Part shown: in pieces, positions 47,230-63,500 of the stretch
Numbering within the stretch: position 1 is the first letter of the stretch
Layout: every line of letters begins with the position of its first letter
DNA from: Eledone cirrhosa
Taxonomy: Eukaryota
Direction: 5' to 3'
DNA length: 64,000 bases
Assembly: GCA_964016885.1 (NCBI GenBank)
Contig: OZ024742.1
Location: 302,002,001-302,066,000 of the forward strand
Translations under genes and position numbers: made by a program
Notes under the pieces: generated by a model
Told to the model about the DNA's origin: nothing
What the model saw: only the letters and a program-made list of their open reading frames with translations
Database searches by the model: none

Positions 47230-48445
47230 GGAATACAGTTGAAAGGCAACAGTCGACAGATGAGATTGTATCTGAGAATTGTTGTAGTAATAGGCATGGA
47301 TGTGATTGGGCGCTTAGGAGGAGTTACTGTGAATTGGATGCTGTGCTGAAGGAAGAGAATCTCGCTTAAGATGGGAGCTGCACACTATAGAGATTTGTAT
47401 TGATTTGGCCACTGTACTCGGATGGGTGAGATCAATGCTTACCAGTGAGAGAGTGTGAACAAAAGGGGTGGCAGAGATGCTAATAAAGCACCCCCTGGGA
47501 ACTCTGGGAGAGCTAGCTGCTGAATTTGGCCTGAAGTTGAGCATTGTCTTTGTACTCTCTGAAAGAAATAAGGTGGACCTCAAAACTAGAGAGGAGAATG
47601 CGTGGTTGGAAGTGCCAGATGATTTGGAAAAGGGGATAGCTGCAGTGTGTTGGGGGAGTTTGCATACTATGCATCATATGGGAGGGGACAGAGCCCTGTT
47701 CCTAGCCAGGAAAGTCGACTCTAACATTACCAGGCAGAGTGTCTAGAAAGTGGTCAGGAGTTACGTCAGATGTGAGTCTATCAATCCTGCTCTGGTAACA
47801 TCTCAGTGGAGCACAACTGAAAGTGATTGGTAGTGGATGTGACACTACCAACAAGGGATATATCTCTCAATGGTTGACTGCAGACCAGAGTGGATGGCGA
47901 TATTGAGGGAGATGGAGACTGTGGAGGAAATTGCATGGACACTGAAAGAGCTATTCCTGGTGCGGGTCCTGTGGATGAACTGTTGAAGGATAATAGCATG
48001 GCATTTCACTTGGAGGTGCTGAAGGAGATGCTTGATGGGTGGAATGTGAACTGCTTCTTCAGAGTGGTGTATAGACCAAGTGGAAATGGAATCATGGAGA
48101 GTGACCATCACACGATCAAGGCCAAAGTACAGAGGGGACACATTTCAACAATGGAGGCAGTGTTCTGTTACAATATGTTGTCCCAGTTGGGACAGGCCAA
48201 GGAGTCAGTGCCACACAAGCAATATATAGATATAAATGGCCACATCTATGCATGTTATTACAACAACCTGTGGAAAAGAGAAAGCAAGCATTTGTCCAGT
48301 TGGGCAACAAAGTCTGGGTCAAGCCCCCAAATGTGCACTGCACGTCTCAATGGGGAAAGGGAACAGTAACGGATATAAATTTCCGAAACAACATGCCTGA
48401 TGGAATGCTATGTCACATCTTGGATGTCTGCATTGTCATGGCATC
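47230..48445 (+). mobile_element. Decayed Ty3/Gypsy-like LTR retrotransposon pol remnant (RNase H and integrase)
   Basis: SERNKVDLKTR (RNase H end), LHTMHHMGGDRALFLAR (integrase Zn-binding part), YRPSGNGIMESDHHTIK (integrase core) and LGNKVWVKPP; broken by stops and frameshifts. Confidence 0.8.
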
Positions 48446-48589
48446 ACACTAGAAAGGGTATGGTACTTTGTTTGGCAAGTTTTCTATGGCTGAATGTCCT
48501 TCCTGTCACCGATCACTTTACAGAGGGTACACTTAGATAAAAATGATTTTGAGTCAAACTGCATCAGCCATTCTGACACACAGGGCACC

Positions 48590-51500
48590 CACCTCAGATG
48601 TAATACCCTAATTTTACACCACCTCACAGGACTCACACCTCAGGTGTAATGCCATTTCCACCACCTCAAAGGACTTCCTCATCAGGTGTAATACCCTAAT
48701 CTTATTTCACCTCACAGGATTCTCACTACAGGTATAATACCCTAATCCTATTCCACTTCACAGAGCTCCCTCATCAAGTGTAATACCTTAAACCAATTTC
48801 ATTTCACAGGGCTCCCACCTCAGGTGTAATACCATAATTTTTTCACCATCTTAAGGGGCTCCCTCACAGGGTTCTCAGCTAAGGTTTAATACCCTAACCT
48901 TATTCCACATCACCGGCTTCCCCATCAAATGTAATACCCTAACCCTAATCCACCTCAACGGCTCCCCCATCAAATGTAATACCCTAACCCTAATCCACCT
49001 CACAGGCTCCCCATCAAATGTAATACCCTAACCCTAATCCACATCAACGGCTCGCCCATCAAATGTAATACCCTAACCCTAATCCACCTCACAGGCTCCC
49101 CATCAAATGTAATACCCTAACCCTAATTCACCTCACAGGCTCCCCATCAAATGTAATACCCTAACCCTAATCCACCTCACAGGCTCCCCATCAAATGTAA
49201 TACCCTAACGCTATTCCACCTCACAGGTTCCCCATCAAATGTAATACCCTAACCCTAATCCACCTCACAGGCTCCCCATCAAATGTAATACCCTAACCCT
49301 AATCCAGCTCACAGGCTCCCCATCAAATGTAATACCCTAACCCTAATCCACCTCACAGGCTCCCCATCAAATGTAATACCCTAACGCTATTCCCCCTCAC
49401 AGGCTCCCCATCAAATGTAATACCCTAACCCTAATCCACCTCAACGGCTCGCCCATCAAATGTAATACCCTAACCCTAATCCACCTCACAGGCTCCCCAT
49501 CAAATGTAATACACTAACGCTATTCTACCTCACAGGCTCCCCATCAAATGTAATACCCTAACCCTAATCCACCTCAACGGCTCGCCCATCAAATGTAATA
49601 CCCTAACCCTAATCCACCTCACAGGCTCCCCATCAAATGTAATACCCTAACCCGAATCCACCTCACAGGCTCCCCATCAAATGTAATACCCTAACCCTAA
49701 TCCACCTCACAGGCTCCCCATCAAATGTAATACCCTAACCCTATTCAACCTCACAGGCTCCCCATCAAATGTAATACCCTAACGCTATTCCACCTCACAG
49801 GCTCCCCCATCAAATGTAATACCCTAACCCTAATCCACCTCATAGGCTCCCCATCAAATGTAATACCCTAACCCTAATCCACCTCACAGGCTCCCCATCA
49901 AATGTAATACCCTAACCCTAATTCACCTCACAGGCTCCCCCATCAAATGTAATACCCTAACCCTAATCCACCTCACAGGCTCCCCCATCAAATGTAATAC
50001 CCTAACCCTAATCCACCTCACAGGCTCCCCCATCAAATGTAATACCCTAACCCTAATCCACCTCATAGGCTCCCCATCAAATGTAATACCCTAACCCTAA
50101 TCCACCTCATAGGCTACCCATCAAATGTAATACCCTAACCCTAATCCACGTCAGAGGCTCGCCATCAAATGTAATACCCTAACCCTAATCCACCTCACAG
50201 GCTCCCCATCAAATGTAATACCCTAACCCTAATCCACCTCATAGGCTCCCCATCAAATGTAATACCCTAACCCTAATCCACGTCAGAGGCTCCCCATCAA
50301 ATGTAATACCCTAACCCTAATCCACCTCATAGGCTACCCATCAAATGTAATAACCTAACCCTAATCCACCTCAGAGGCTCCCCATCAAATGTAATACCCT
50401 AACCCTAATCCACCTCATAGGCTCCCCATCAAATGTAATACCCTAACCCTAATCCACCTCATAGGCTACCCATCAAATGTAATAACCTAACCCTAATCCA
50501 CCTCACAGGCTCCCCATCAAATGTAATACCCTAACCCTAATCCACCTCACAGGCTCCCCATCAAATGTAATACCCTAACCCTAATCCATCTCACAGGCTC
50601 CCCATCAAATGTAATACCCTAACCCTAATCCACCTCATAGGCTCCCCATCAAATGTAATACCCTAACCCTAATCCACCTCACAGGTTCCCCATCAAATGT
50701 AATACCCTAACCCTAATCCACCCCATAGGCTCCCCATCAAATGTAATACCCTAACCCTAATCCACCTCACAGGCTCCCCATCAAATGTAATACCCTAACC
50801 CTAATCCACCTCACAGGCTCCCCCATCAAATGTAATACCCTAACTCTAATCCACCTCACAGGCTCCCATCAAATGTAATACCCTAACCCTAATCCACCTC
50901 ACATGCTACCCATCAAATGTAATACCCTAACCCTAATCCACCTCACAGGCTCCCCCATCAAATGTAATACCCTAACTCTAATCCACCTCACAGGCTCCCC
51001 ATCAAATGTAATACCCTAACCCTAATCCACCTCACATGCTACCCATCAAATGTAATATCCTAACCCTAATCCACCTCATAGGCTCCCCATCAAATGTAAT
51101 ACCCTAACCCTAATCCACCTGACAGGCTCCCCATCAAATGTAATACCCTAACCTTAATTCACCTCATAGGCTACCCATCAAATGTAATACCCTAACCCTA
51201 ATCCACCTCACATGCTCCCCCATCAAATGTAATACCCTAACCCTAATCCACCTCATAGGCTCCCCATCAAATGTAATACCCTAACCCTAATCCACCTCAC
51301 ATGCTACCCATCAAATGTAATACCCTAACCCTAATCCACCTCACATGCTACCCATCAAATGTAATACCCTAACCCTAATCCACCTCACAGGCTCCCCCAT
51401 CAAATGTAATACCCTAACTCTAATCCACCTCACAGGCTCCCCATCAAATGTAATACCCTAACCCTAATCCACCTCACATGCTACCCATCAAATGTAATAT

Positions 51501-54500
51501 CCTAACCCTAATCCACCTCATAGGCTCCCCATCAAATGTAATACCCTAACCCTAATCCACCTCACAGGCTCCCCATCAAATGTAATACCCTAACCCTAAT
51601 CCACCTCATAGGCTACCCATCAAATGCAATACCCTAACCCTAATCCACGTCAGAGGCTCCCCATCAAATGTAATACCCTAACCCTAATCCACCTCACAGG
51701 CTCCCCATCAAATGTAATACCCTAACCCTAATCCACCTCATAGGCTCCCCATCAAATGTAATACCCTAACCCTAATCCACGTCAGAGGCTCCCCATCAAA
51801 TGTAATACCCTAACCCTAATCCACCTCATAGGCTACCCATCAAATGTAATAACCTAACCCTAATCCACCTCAGAGGCTCCCCATCAAATGTAATACACTA
51901 ACCCTAATCCACCTCATAGGCTCCCCATCAAATGTAATACCCTTACCCTAATCCACCTCATAGGCTACCCATCAAATGTAATAACCTAACCCTAATCCAG
52001 CTCACAGGCTCCCCATCAAATGTAATACCCTAACCCTAATCCACCTCACAGGCTCCCCATCAAATGTAATACCCTAACCCTAATCCATCTCACAGGCTCC
52101 CCATCAAATGTAATACCCTAACCCTAATCCACCTCATAGGCTCCCCATCAAATGTAATACCCTAACCCTAATCCACCTCACAGGTTCCCCATCAAATGTA
52201 ATACCCTAACCCTAATCCACCCCATAGGCTCCCCATCAAATGTAATACCCTAACCCTAATCAACCTCACAGGCTCCCCATCAAATGTAATACCCTAACCC
52301 TAATCCAACTCACAGGCTCCCCCATCAAATGTAATACCCTAACTCTAATCTACCTCACAGGCTCCCCATCAAATGTAATACCCTAACCCTAATCCACCTC
52401 ACATGCTACCCATCAAATGTAATACCCTAACACTAATCCACCTCACAGGCTACCCATCAAATGTAATACCCTAACCCTAATCCACCTGACAGGCTCCCCA
52501 TCAAATGTAATACCCTAACCTTAATTCACCTCATAGGCTACCCATCAAATGTAATACCCTAACCCTAATCCACCTCACAGGCTCCCCCATCAAATGTAAT
52601 ACCCTAACCCTAATCCACCTCATAGGCTCCCCATCAAATGTAATACCCTAAACCTAATCCACCTCACATGCTACCCATCAAATGTAATACCCTAACCCTA
52701 ATCCACCTCACATGCTACCCATCAAATGTAATACCCTAACCCTAATCCACCTCACAGGCTCCCCCATCAAATGTAATACCCTAACTCTAATCCACCTCAC
52801 AGGCTCCCCATCAAATGTAATACCCTAACCCTAATCCACCTCACATGCTACCCATCAAATGTAATATCCTAACCCTAATCCACCTCATAGGCTCCCCATC
52901 AAATGTAATACCCTAACCCTAATCCACCTGACAGGCTCCCCATCAAATGTAATACCCTAACCTTAATTCACCTCATAGGCTACCCATCAAATGTAATACC
53001 CTAACCCTAATCCACCTCACAGGCTCCCCATCAAATGTAATATCCTAACCCTAATCCACCTGACAGGCTACCCATCAAATGTAATACCCTAACCCTAATC
53101 CACCTCACAGGCTCCCCCATCAAATGTAATACCCTAACTCTAATCCACCTCACAGGTTCCCCATCAAATGTAATACCCTAACCCTAATCCACCTCACAGG
53201 CTCCCCCATCAAATGTAATACCCTAACTCTAATCCACCCCACAGGCTCCCCATCAAATGTAATACCCTAACCCTAATCCACCTCATAGGCTCCCCATCAA
53301 ATGTAATACCCTAACCCTAATCCACCTCATAGGCTCCCCCATCAAATGTAATACCCTAACCCTAATCCACGTCAGAGGCTCCCCATCAAATGTAATACCC
53401 TAACCCTAATCCACCTCATAGGCTCCCCATCAAATGTAATACCCTAACACTAATCCACCTCACAGGCTCCCCATCAAATGTAATACCCTAACTCTAATCC
53501 ACCCCACAGGCTCCCCATCATATGTAATACCCTAACCTTAATCCACCTCACAGGCTCCCCATCAAATGTAATACCCTAACTCTAATCCACCCCACAGGCT
53601 CCCCATCAAATGTAATACCCTAAACCTAATCCACCTCACAGGCTCCCCCATCAAATGTAATACCCTAACCCTAATCCACCTCACAGGCTCCCCCATCAAA
53701 TGTAATACCCTAACCCTAATCCACCTCAGAGGCTCCCCATCAAATGTAATACCCTAACCCTAATCCACCTCAGAGGCTCCCCAGCAAATGTAATACCGTA
53801 ACCCTAATCCACCTCAGAGGCTCCACATCAAATGTAATACCCTAACCCTAATCCACCTCATAGGTTCCCCATCAAATGTAATATCCTAACTCTAATCCAC
53901 CTCACATGCTCCCCATCAAATGTAATACCCTAACCCTAATCCATCTCACAGGCTCCCCATCAAATGTAATACCCTAACCCTATTCCACTTCACAGGCTCC
54001 CCATCAAATGTAATACCCTAACCCTAATCCACCTCACAGGTTCCCCCATCAAATGTAATACCCTAACGCTAATCCACCTCACAGGCTCCCCCATCAAATG
54101 TAATACCCTAACCCTAATTCACCTCACAGACTCCCCATCAAATGTAATACCCTAACCTTAATTCACCTCATAGGCTACCCATCAAATGTAATACCCTAAC
54201 CCTAATTCACCTCACAGGCTCCCCATCAAATCTAATACCCTAACCCTATTCCACCTCACAGGTTCCCCATCAAATGTAATACCCTAACCCTAACCCACCT
54301 CACAGGCTCCCCATCAAATGTAATACCCTAACCCTAATCCACCTCAGAGGCTCCCCATCAAATGTAATACCCTAACCCTAATCCACCTCACAGGCTCCCC
54401 ATCAAATGTAATACCCTAACCCTATTCCACCTCACAGGCTCCCCCATCAAGTGTAATACCCTAACCCTAATCCACCTCACAGGCTCCCCCATCATATGTA

Positions 54501-57500
54501 ATACACTAACCCTAATCCATCTCACAGGCTCCCCCATCAAATGTAATACCCTAACCCTAATCCACCCCAGAGGCTCCCCCATCAAATGTAATACCCTAAC
54601 CCTAATCCCCCTCACAGGCTCCCCCATCAAATGTAATACACTAACCCTAATCCACCTCACAGGCTACCCATCAAATGTAATACCCTAACCCTAATCCATC
54701 TCACAGACCTCCCATCAAATGTAATACCCTAACCCTAATCCTCCTCAGAGGCTCCCCATCAAATGTAATACCCTAACCCTAATCCACCTCACAGGCTACC
54801 CATCAAATGTAATACCCTAACCCTAATCCACCTCGAGTCTCCCCCATCAATTGTAATACCCTAACGCTATTCCACCTCACAGGCTCCCCATCAAATGTAA
54901 TACCCTAACCCTAATCCACCTGACACGCTCCCCCATCAAATGTAATACCCTAACCATAATCCACCTCATAGGCTCCCCATCAAATGTAATACCCTAACCC
55001 TAATCTACCTCACAGTCTCCCCATCAAATGTAATACCCTAACGCTATTCAACCTCACAGGCTCCCCCATCAAATGTAATACCCTAACCCTAATCCACCTC
55101 ACAGGGTCCTCATCAAATGTAATACCCTAACCTTAATTCACCTCATAGGCTACCCATCAAATGTAATACCCTAACCCTAATCCACCTCACAGACTCCCCA
55201 TCAAATGTAATACCCTAACGCTATTCCACCTCACAGGCTCCCCCATCAAATGTAACACCCTAACCCTAATCCACCTCACAGGCTCCCCATCTAATGTAAT
55301 ACCCTAACCCTAATCCACCTCACAGGCTCCCCATCAAATGTAACACCCTAACCCTAATCCACCTCATAGGCCCCCCATCTAACGTAATACCCTAACCCTA
55401 ATCCACCTCACAGGCTCCCCATCAAATGTAATACCCTAACCCTAATCCACCTCACAGGCTCCCCCATCAAATGTAATAACCTAACCCTAATCCACCTCAC
55501 AGGCTCCCCCATCAAATGTAATACCCTAACCCTAATCCACCTCACAGGCTCCCCATCAAATGTAATACCCTAACCCTAATCCACCTCATAGGCTCCCCAT
55601 CAAATGTAATACCCTAACCCTAATCCACCTCAGAGGCCCCCCATCAAATGTAATACCCTAACCCTATTCCACCTCACAGGATTCTCACTTCAGGTATAAT
55701 ACCCTAATCCTAATCCACCTCACATCTCCCCATCAAATGTAATACCCTAACCCTAATCCACCTCACAGGCTCCCCCATCAAATGTAATACCCTAACCCTA
55801 ATCCACTTCACAGGCTCCCCCATCAAATGTAATACCCTAACCCTAATCCACCTCAGAGGCTCCCCATCAAATGTAATACCCTAACCCTAATCCACCGCAG
55901 AGGCTCCCCATCAAATGTAATACCCTAACCGTAATCCACCTCACAGGCTCCCCCATCATATGTAATACCCTAACCCTAATCCATCTCACAGGCTCCCCCA
56001 TCAAATGTAATACCCTAACCCTAATCCACCTCAGAGGCTCCCCCATCAAATGTAATACCCTAACCCTAATCCCCCTCACAGGCTCCCCCATCAAATGTAA
56101 TACACTAACCCTATTCCACCTCACAGGCTCCCCATCAAATGTAATACCCTAACCCTAATCCATCTCACAGGCCCCCCATCAAATGTAATACCCTAACCCT
56201 AATCCTCCTCAGAGGCTCCCCATCAAATGTAATACCCTAACCTTAATCCACCTCACAGGCTACCCATCAAATGTAATACCCTAACACTAATCCACCTCGA
56301 GGCTCCCCCATCAATTGTAATACCCTAACGCTATTCCACCTCACAGGCTCCCCATCAAATGTAATACCCTAACCATAATCCACCTCATAGGCTCCCCATC
56401 AAATGTAATACCCTAACCCTAATCCACCTCACAGGCTCCCCATCAAATGTAATACCCTAACGCTATTCCACGTCACAGGCTCCCCCATCAAATGTAATAT
56501 CCTAACCCTAATCCACCTCACAGGCTCCCCATCAAATGTAATACCCTAACGCTATTCCACGTCACAGGCTCCCCATCAAATGTAATACCCTAACCCTAAT
56601 CCACCTCACAGGCTCCCCCATCAAATGTAATACCCTAACCCTAATCCACCTCACACGCTCCCCATAAAATGTAATACCCTAACCCTAATCCACCTCACAG
56701 GCTCCCCATCAAATGTAATACCCTGACCCTAATACAGCTCAAAGGCTCCCCATCAAATGTAATACCCTAACCCTATTCCACCTCACAGGCTCCCCATCAA
56801 ATGTAATACCCTAACCCTAATCCACCTCACAGGCTCCCCCATCAAATCTAATACCCTAACGCTATTCCCCCTCACAGGCTCCCCATCAAATCTAATACCC
56901 TAACCCTATTCCACCTCACAGGCTCCCCATCAAATGTAATACCCTAACTCTAATCCACCTCACAGGCGCCCCATCAAATGTAATACCCTAACCCTAATCC
57001 ACCTCAGAGTCTCCCATCAAATGTAATACCCTAACCGTAATCCATCTAACAGGCTCCCCCATCAAATGTAATACCCTAACCCTAATCCACCTCACAGGCT
57101 CCCCCATCAAATGTAATACCCTAACCCTAATCCACCTCAGAGGCTCCCCCATCAAATGTAATACCCTAACCCTAATTCACCTCACAGGCTCCCCATCAAA
57201 TCTAATACCCTAACCCTATTCCACCTCACAGGCTCCCCAGCAAATGTAATACCCTAACCCTAATCAACCTCACAGGCTCTCCATCAAATGTAATACCCTA
57301 ACCCTAATCCACCTCAGAGGCTCCCCATCAAATGTAATACCCTAATCCACCCCATAGGCTCCCCATCAAATGTAATAACCTAACCCTAATCCACCTCACA
57401 GGCTCCCCATCAAATGTAATACCCTAACGCTATTCCACCTCACAGGCTCCCCCATCAAATGTAATACCCTAACCCTAATCCACCTCACAGGCTCCCCATC

Positions 57501-60500
57501 AAATGTAATAACCTAACCCTAATCCACCTCACAGGCTCCCCATCAAATGTAATACACTAACCCTATACCACCTCACAGGCTCCCCATCAAATGTAATACC
57601 CTAACCCTAATCCATCTCACAGACCTCCCATCAAATGTAATACCCTAACCCTAATCCTCCTCAGAGGCTCCCCATCAAATGTAATACCCTAACCCTAATC
57701 CACCTCACAGGCTCCCCATCAAATGTCATACCCTAACCCTAATCCACCTGACAGGCTCCCCCATCAAATGTAATACCCTAACCATAATCCACCTCATAGG
57801 CTCCCCATCAAATGTAATACCCTAACCCTAATCTACCTCACAGTCTCCCCATCAAATGTAATACCCTAACCCTATTCCACCTCACAGGATTCTCACTTCA
57901 GGTATAATACCCTAATCCTAATCCACCTCACATCTCCCCATAAAATGTAATACCCTAACCCTAATCCACCTCACAGGCTCCCCCATCAAATGTAATACCC
58001 TAACCCTAATCCACTTTACAGGCTCCCCCATCAAATGTAATACCCTAACCCTAATCCACCTCAGAGGCTCCCCATCAAATGTAATACCCTAACCCTAATC
58101 CACCTCAGAGGCTCCCCATCAAATGTAATACCCTAACCGTAATCCACCTCACAGGCTCCCCTATCATATGTAATACCCTAACCCTAATCCATCTCACAGG
58201 CTCCCCCATCAAATGTAATACCCTAACCCTAATCCACATCAGAGGCTCCCCCATCAAATGTAATACCCTAACCCTAATCCCCCTCACAGGCTCCCCCATC
58301 AAATGTAATACCCTAACCCTAATCCACGTCAGAGGCTCCCCATCAAATGTAATACCCTAACGCTATTCCACCTCACAGGCTCCCCATCAAATGTAATACC
58401 CTAACGCTATTCCACCTCACTGGCTCCCCCATCAAATGTAATACCCTAACCCTAATCCACCTCATAGGCTCCCCATCAAATGTAATACCCTAACCCTAAT
58501 CCACCTCACAGGCTCCCCATCAAATGTAATACCCTAACCCTAATCCACCTCACAGGGTCCCCATCAAATGTAATACCCTAACCTTAATTCACCTCATAGG
58601 CTACCCATGAAATGTAATACCCTAACCCTAATCCACGTCACAGGCTCCCCCATCAAATGTAATACCCTAACCCTAATCCACCTGAGAGGCTCCCCCATCA
58701 AATGTAATACCCTAACCATAATCCACCTCATAGGCTCCCCATCAAATGTAATACCCTAACTCTAATCCACCTCACAGGCTCCCCCATCAAATGTAATACC
58801 CTAACCCTATTCCACCTCACAGGCTCCCCAGCAAATGTAATACCCTAACCCTAATCAACCTCACAGGCTCTCCATCAAATGTAATACCCTAACCATAATC
58901 CACCTCAGAGGCTCCCCATCAAATGTAATACCCTAATCCACCCCATAGGCTCCCCATCAAATGTAATAACCTAACCCTAATCCACCTCACAGGCTCCCCA
59001 TCAAATGTAATACCCTAACGCTATTCCACCTCACAGGCTCCCCCATGAAATGTAATACCCTAACCCTAATCCACCTCACAGGCTCCCCATCAAATGTAAT
59101 AACCTAACCCTAATCCACCTCACAGGCTCCCCATCAAATGTAATACACTAACCCTATACCACCTCACAGGCTCCCCATCAAATGTAATACCCTAACCCTA
59201 ATCCATCTCACAGACCTCCCATCAAATGTAATACCCTAACCCTAATCCTCCTCAGAGGCTCCCCATCAAATGTAATACCCTAACCCTAATCCACCTCACA
59301 GGCTCCCCATCAAATGTAATACCCTAACCCTAATCCACCTGACAGGCTCCCCCATCAAATGTAATACCCTAACCATAATCCACCTCATAGGCTCCCCATC
59401 AAATGTAATACCCTAACCCTAATCTACCTCACAGTCTCCCCATCAAATGTAATACCCTAACCCTATTCCACCTCACAGGATTCTCACTTCAGGTATAATA
59501 CCCTAATCCTAATCCACCTCACATCTCCCCATCAAATGTAATACCCTAACCCTAATCCACCTCACAGGCTCCCCCATCAAATGTAATACCCTAACCCTAA
59601 TCCACTTCACAGGCTCCCCCATCAAATGTAATACCCTAACCCTAATCCACCTCAGAGGCTCCCCATCAAATGTAATACCCTAACCCTAATCCACCTCAGA
59701 GGCTCCCCATCAAATGTAATACCCTAACCGTAATCCACCTCACAGGCTCCCCCATCATATGTAATACCCTAACCCTAATCCATCTCACAGGCTCCCCCAT
59801 CAAATGTAATACCCTAACCCTAATCCACATCAGAGGCTCCCCCATCAAATGTAATACCCTAACCCTAATCCCCTTCACAGGCTCCCCCATCAAATGTAAT
59901 ACCCTAACCCTAATCCACGTCAGAGGCTCCCCATCAAATGTAATACCCTAACGCTATTCCACCTCACAGGCTCCCCATCAAATGTAATACCCTAACGCTA
60001 TTCCACCTCACTGGCTCCCCCATCAAATGTAATACCCTAACCCTAATCCACCTCATAGGCTCCCCATCAAATGTAATACCCTAACCCTAATCCACCTCAC
60101 AGGCTCCCCATCAAATGTAATACCCTAACCCTAATCCACCTCACAGGGTCCCCATCAAATGTAATACCCTAACCTTAATTCACCTCATAGGCTACCCATG
60201 AAATGTAATACCCTAACCCTAATCCACGTCACAGGCTCCCCCATCAAATGTAATACCCTAACCCTAATCCACCTGAGAGGCTCCCCCATCAAATGTAATA
60301 CCCTAACCATAATCCACCTCATAGGCTCCCCATCAAATGTAATACCCTAACTCTAATCCACCTCACAGGCTCCCCCATCAAATGTAATACCCTAACCCTA
60401 ATCCACCTCACAGGCTCCCCCATCAAATGTAATACCCTAACCCTAATCCACCTCACCGCCCCCCCATCAAATGTAATACCCTAACCCTATTCCACCTCAC

Positions 60501-63500
60501 TGGCTCCCCTATCAAATGTAATACCCTAACCCTAATTCACCTCACAGCCTCCCCATCAAATGTAATACCCTAACCCTAATCCACCTCACAGGCTCCCCCA
60601 TCAAATGTAAAACCCTAAACCTAATCCATCTCACAGGCTCCCCATCAAATGTAATACCCTAACCCTAATCCACCTCACAGGCTCCCCATCAAATGTAATA
60701 CCCTAACCCTAATCCACCTCACAGGCTCCCCCATCAAATGTAATACCCTAACCTTATTCCACCTCACACGCTCCCCATAAAATGTAATACCCTAACCCTA
60801 ATCCACCTCACAGGATCCCCATCAAATGTAATACCCTGACCCTAATACAGCTCAAAGGCTTCCCATCAAATGTAATACCCTAACCCTTTTCTACCTCACA
60901 GGCTCCCTCTCAAATGTAATACCCTAACCCTATTCCACTTCACAGGCTCCCCATCAAATGTAATACCCTAACCCTAATCCACCTCACAGGCTCCCCCATC
61001 AAATGTAATACCCTAACCCTAATCCACCTCAGAGGCTCCCCCATCAAATGTAATACACTAACCCTAATTCACCTCAGAGGCTCCCCATCAAATGTAATAC
61101 CCTAACCCTAATCCACCTCACAGGCTCCCCCATCAAATGTAATACCCTAACCCTAATCCAACTCACAGGCACCCCCATCAAATGTAATACCCTAACCCTA
61201 ATTCACCTTACAGGATCCCCATCAAATGTAATACCCTAACCCTATTCCACCTCACAGGCTCCCCATCAAATGTAATACCCTAACCCTAATCCACCTCACA
61301 GGCTCCCCCATCAAATCTAATACCCTAACGCTATTCCCCCTCACAGGCTCCCCATCAAATCTAATACCCTAACCCTATTCCACCTCACAGGCTCCCCATC
61401 AAATGTAATACCCTAACTCTAATCCACCTCACAGGCGCCCCATCAAATGTAATACCCTAACCCTAATCCACCTCAGAGTCTCCCATCAAATGTAATACCC
61501 TAACCGTAATCCATCTAACAGGCTCCCCCATCAAATGTAATACCCTAACCCTAATCCATCTCACAGGCTCCCCCATCAAATGTAATACCCTAACCCTAAT
61601 CCACCTCAGAGGCTCCCCCATCAAATGTAATACCCTAACCCTAATTCACCTCACAGGCTCCCCATCAAATCTAATACCCTAACCCTATTCCACCTCACAG
61701 GCTCCCCAGCAAATGTAATACCCTAACCCTAATCAACCTCACAGGCTCTCCATCAAATGTAATACCCTAACCCTAATCCACCTCAGAGGCTCCCCATCAA
61801 ATGTAATACCCTAATCCACCCCATAGGCTCCCCATCAAATGTAATAACCTAACCCTAATCCACCTCACAGGCTCCCCATCAAATGTAATACCCTAACGCT
61901 ATTCCACCTCACAGGCTCCCCCATCAAATGTAATACCCTAACCCTAATCCACCTCACAGGCTCCCCATCAAATGTAATAACCTAACCCTAATCCACCTCA
62001 CAGGCTCCCCATCAAATGTAATACACTAACCCTATACCACCTCACAGGCTCCCCATCAAATGTAATACCCTAACCCTAATCCATCTCACAGACCTCCCAT
62101 CAAATGTAATACCCTAACCCTAATCCTCCTCAGAGGCTCCCCATCAAATGTAATACCCTAACCCTAATCCACCTCACAGGCTCCCCATCAAATGTAATAC
62201 CCTAACCCTAATCCACCTGACAGGCTCCCCCATCAAATGTAATACCCTAACCATAATCCACCTCATAGGCTCCCCATCAAATGTAATACCCTAACCCTAA
62301 TCTACCTCACAGTCTCCCCATCAAATGTAATACCCTAACCCTATTCCACCTCACAGGATTCTCACTTCAGGTATAATACCCTAATCCTAATCCACCTCAC
62401 ATCTCCCCATAAAATGTAATACCCTAACCCTAATCCACCTCACAGGCTCCCCCATCAAATGTAATACCCTAACCCTAATCCACTTTACAGGCTCCCCCAT
62501 CAAATGTAATACCCTAACCCTAATCCACCTCAGAGGCTCCCCATCAAATGTAATACCCTAACCCTAATCCACCTCAGAGGCTCCCCATCAAATGTAATAC
62601 CCTAACCGTAATCCACCTCACAGGCTCCCCTATCATATGTAATACCCTAACCCTAATCCATCTCACAGGCTCCCCCATCAAATGTAATACCCTAACCCTA
62701 ATCCACATCAGAGGCTCCCCCATCAAATGTAATACCCTAACCCTAATCCCCCTCACAGGCTCCCCCATCAAATGTAATACCCTAACCCTAATCCACGTCA
62801 GAGGCTCCCCATCAAATGTAATACCCTAACGCTATTCGACCTCACAGGCTCCCCATCAAATGTAATACCCTAACGCTATTCCACCTCACTGGCTCCCCCA
62901 TCAAATGTAATACCCTAACCCTAATCCACCTCATAGGCTCCCCATCAAATGTAATACCCTAACCCTAATCCACCTCAAAAGGCTCCCCATCAAATGTAAT
63001 ACCCTAACCCTAATCCACCTCACAGGGTCCCCATCAAATGTAATACCCTAACCTTAATTCACCTCATAGGCTACCCATGAAATGTAATACCCTAACCCTA
63101 ATCCACGTCACAGGCTCCCCCATCAAATGTAATACCCTAACCCTAATCCACCTTATAGGCTCCCCCATCAAATGTAATACCCTAACCATAATCCACCTCA
63201 TAGGCTCCCCATCAAATGTAATACCCTAACTCTAATCCACCTCACAGGCTCCCCCATCAAATGTAATACCCTAACCCTATTCCACCTCACAGGCTCCCCA
63301 GCAAATGTAATACCCTAACCCTAATCAACCTCACAGGCTCTCCATCAAATGTAATACCCTAACCCTAATCCACCTCAGAGGCTCCCCATCAAATGTAATA
63401 CCCTAATCCACCCCATAGGCTCCCCATCAAATGTAATAACCTAACCCTAATCCACCTCACAGGCTCCCCATCAAATGTAATACCCTAACGCTATTCCACC

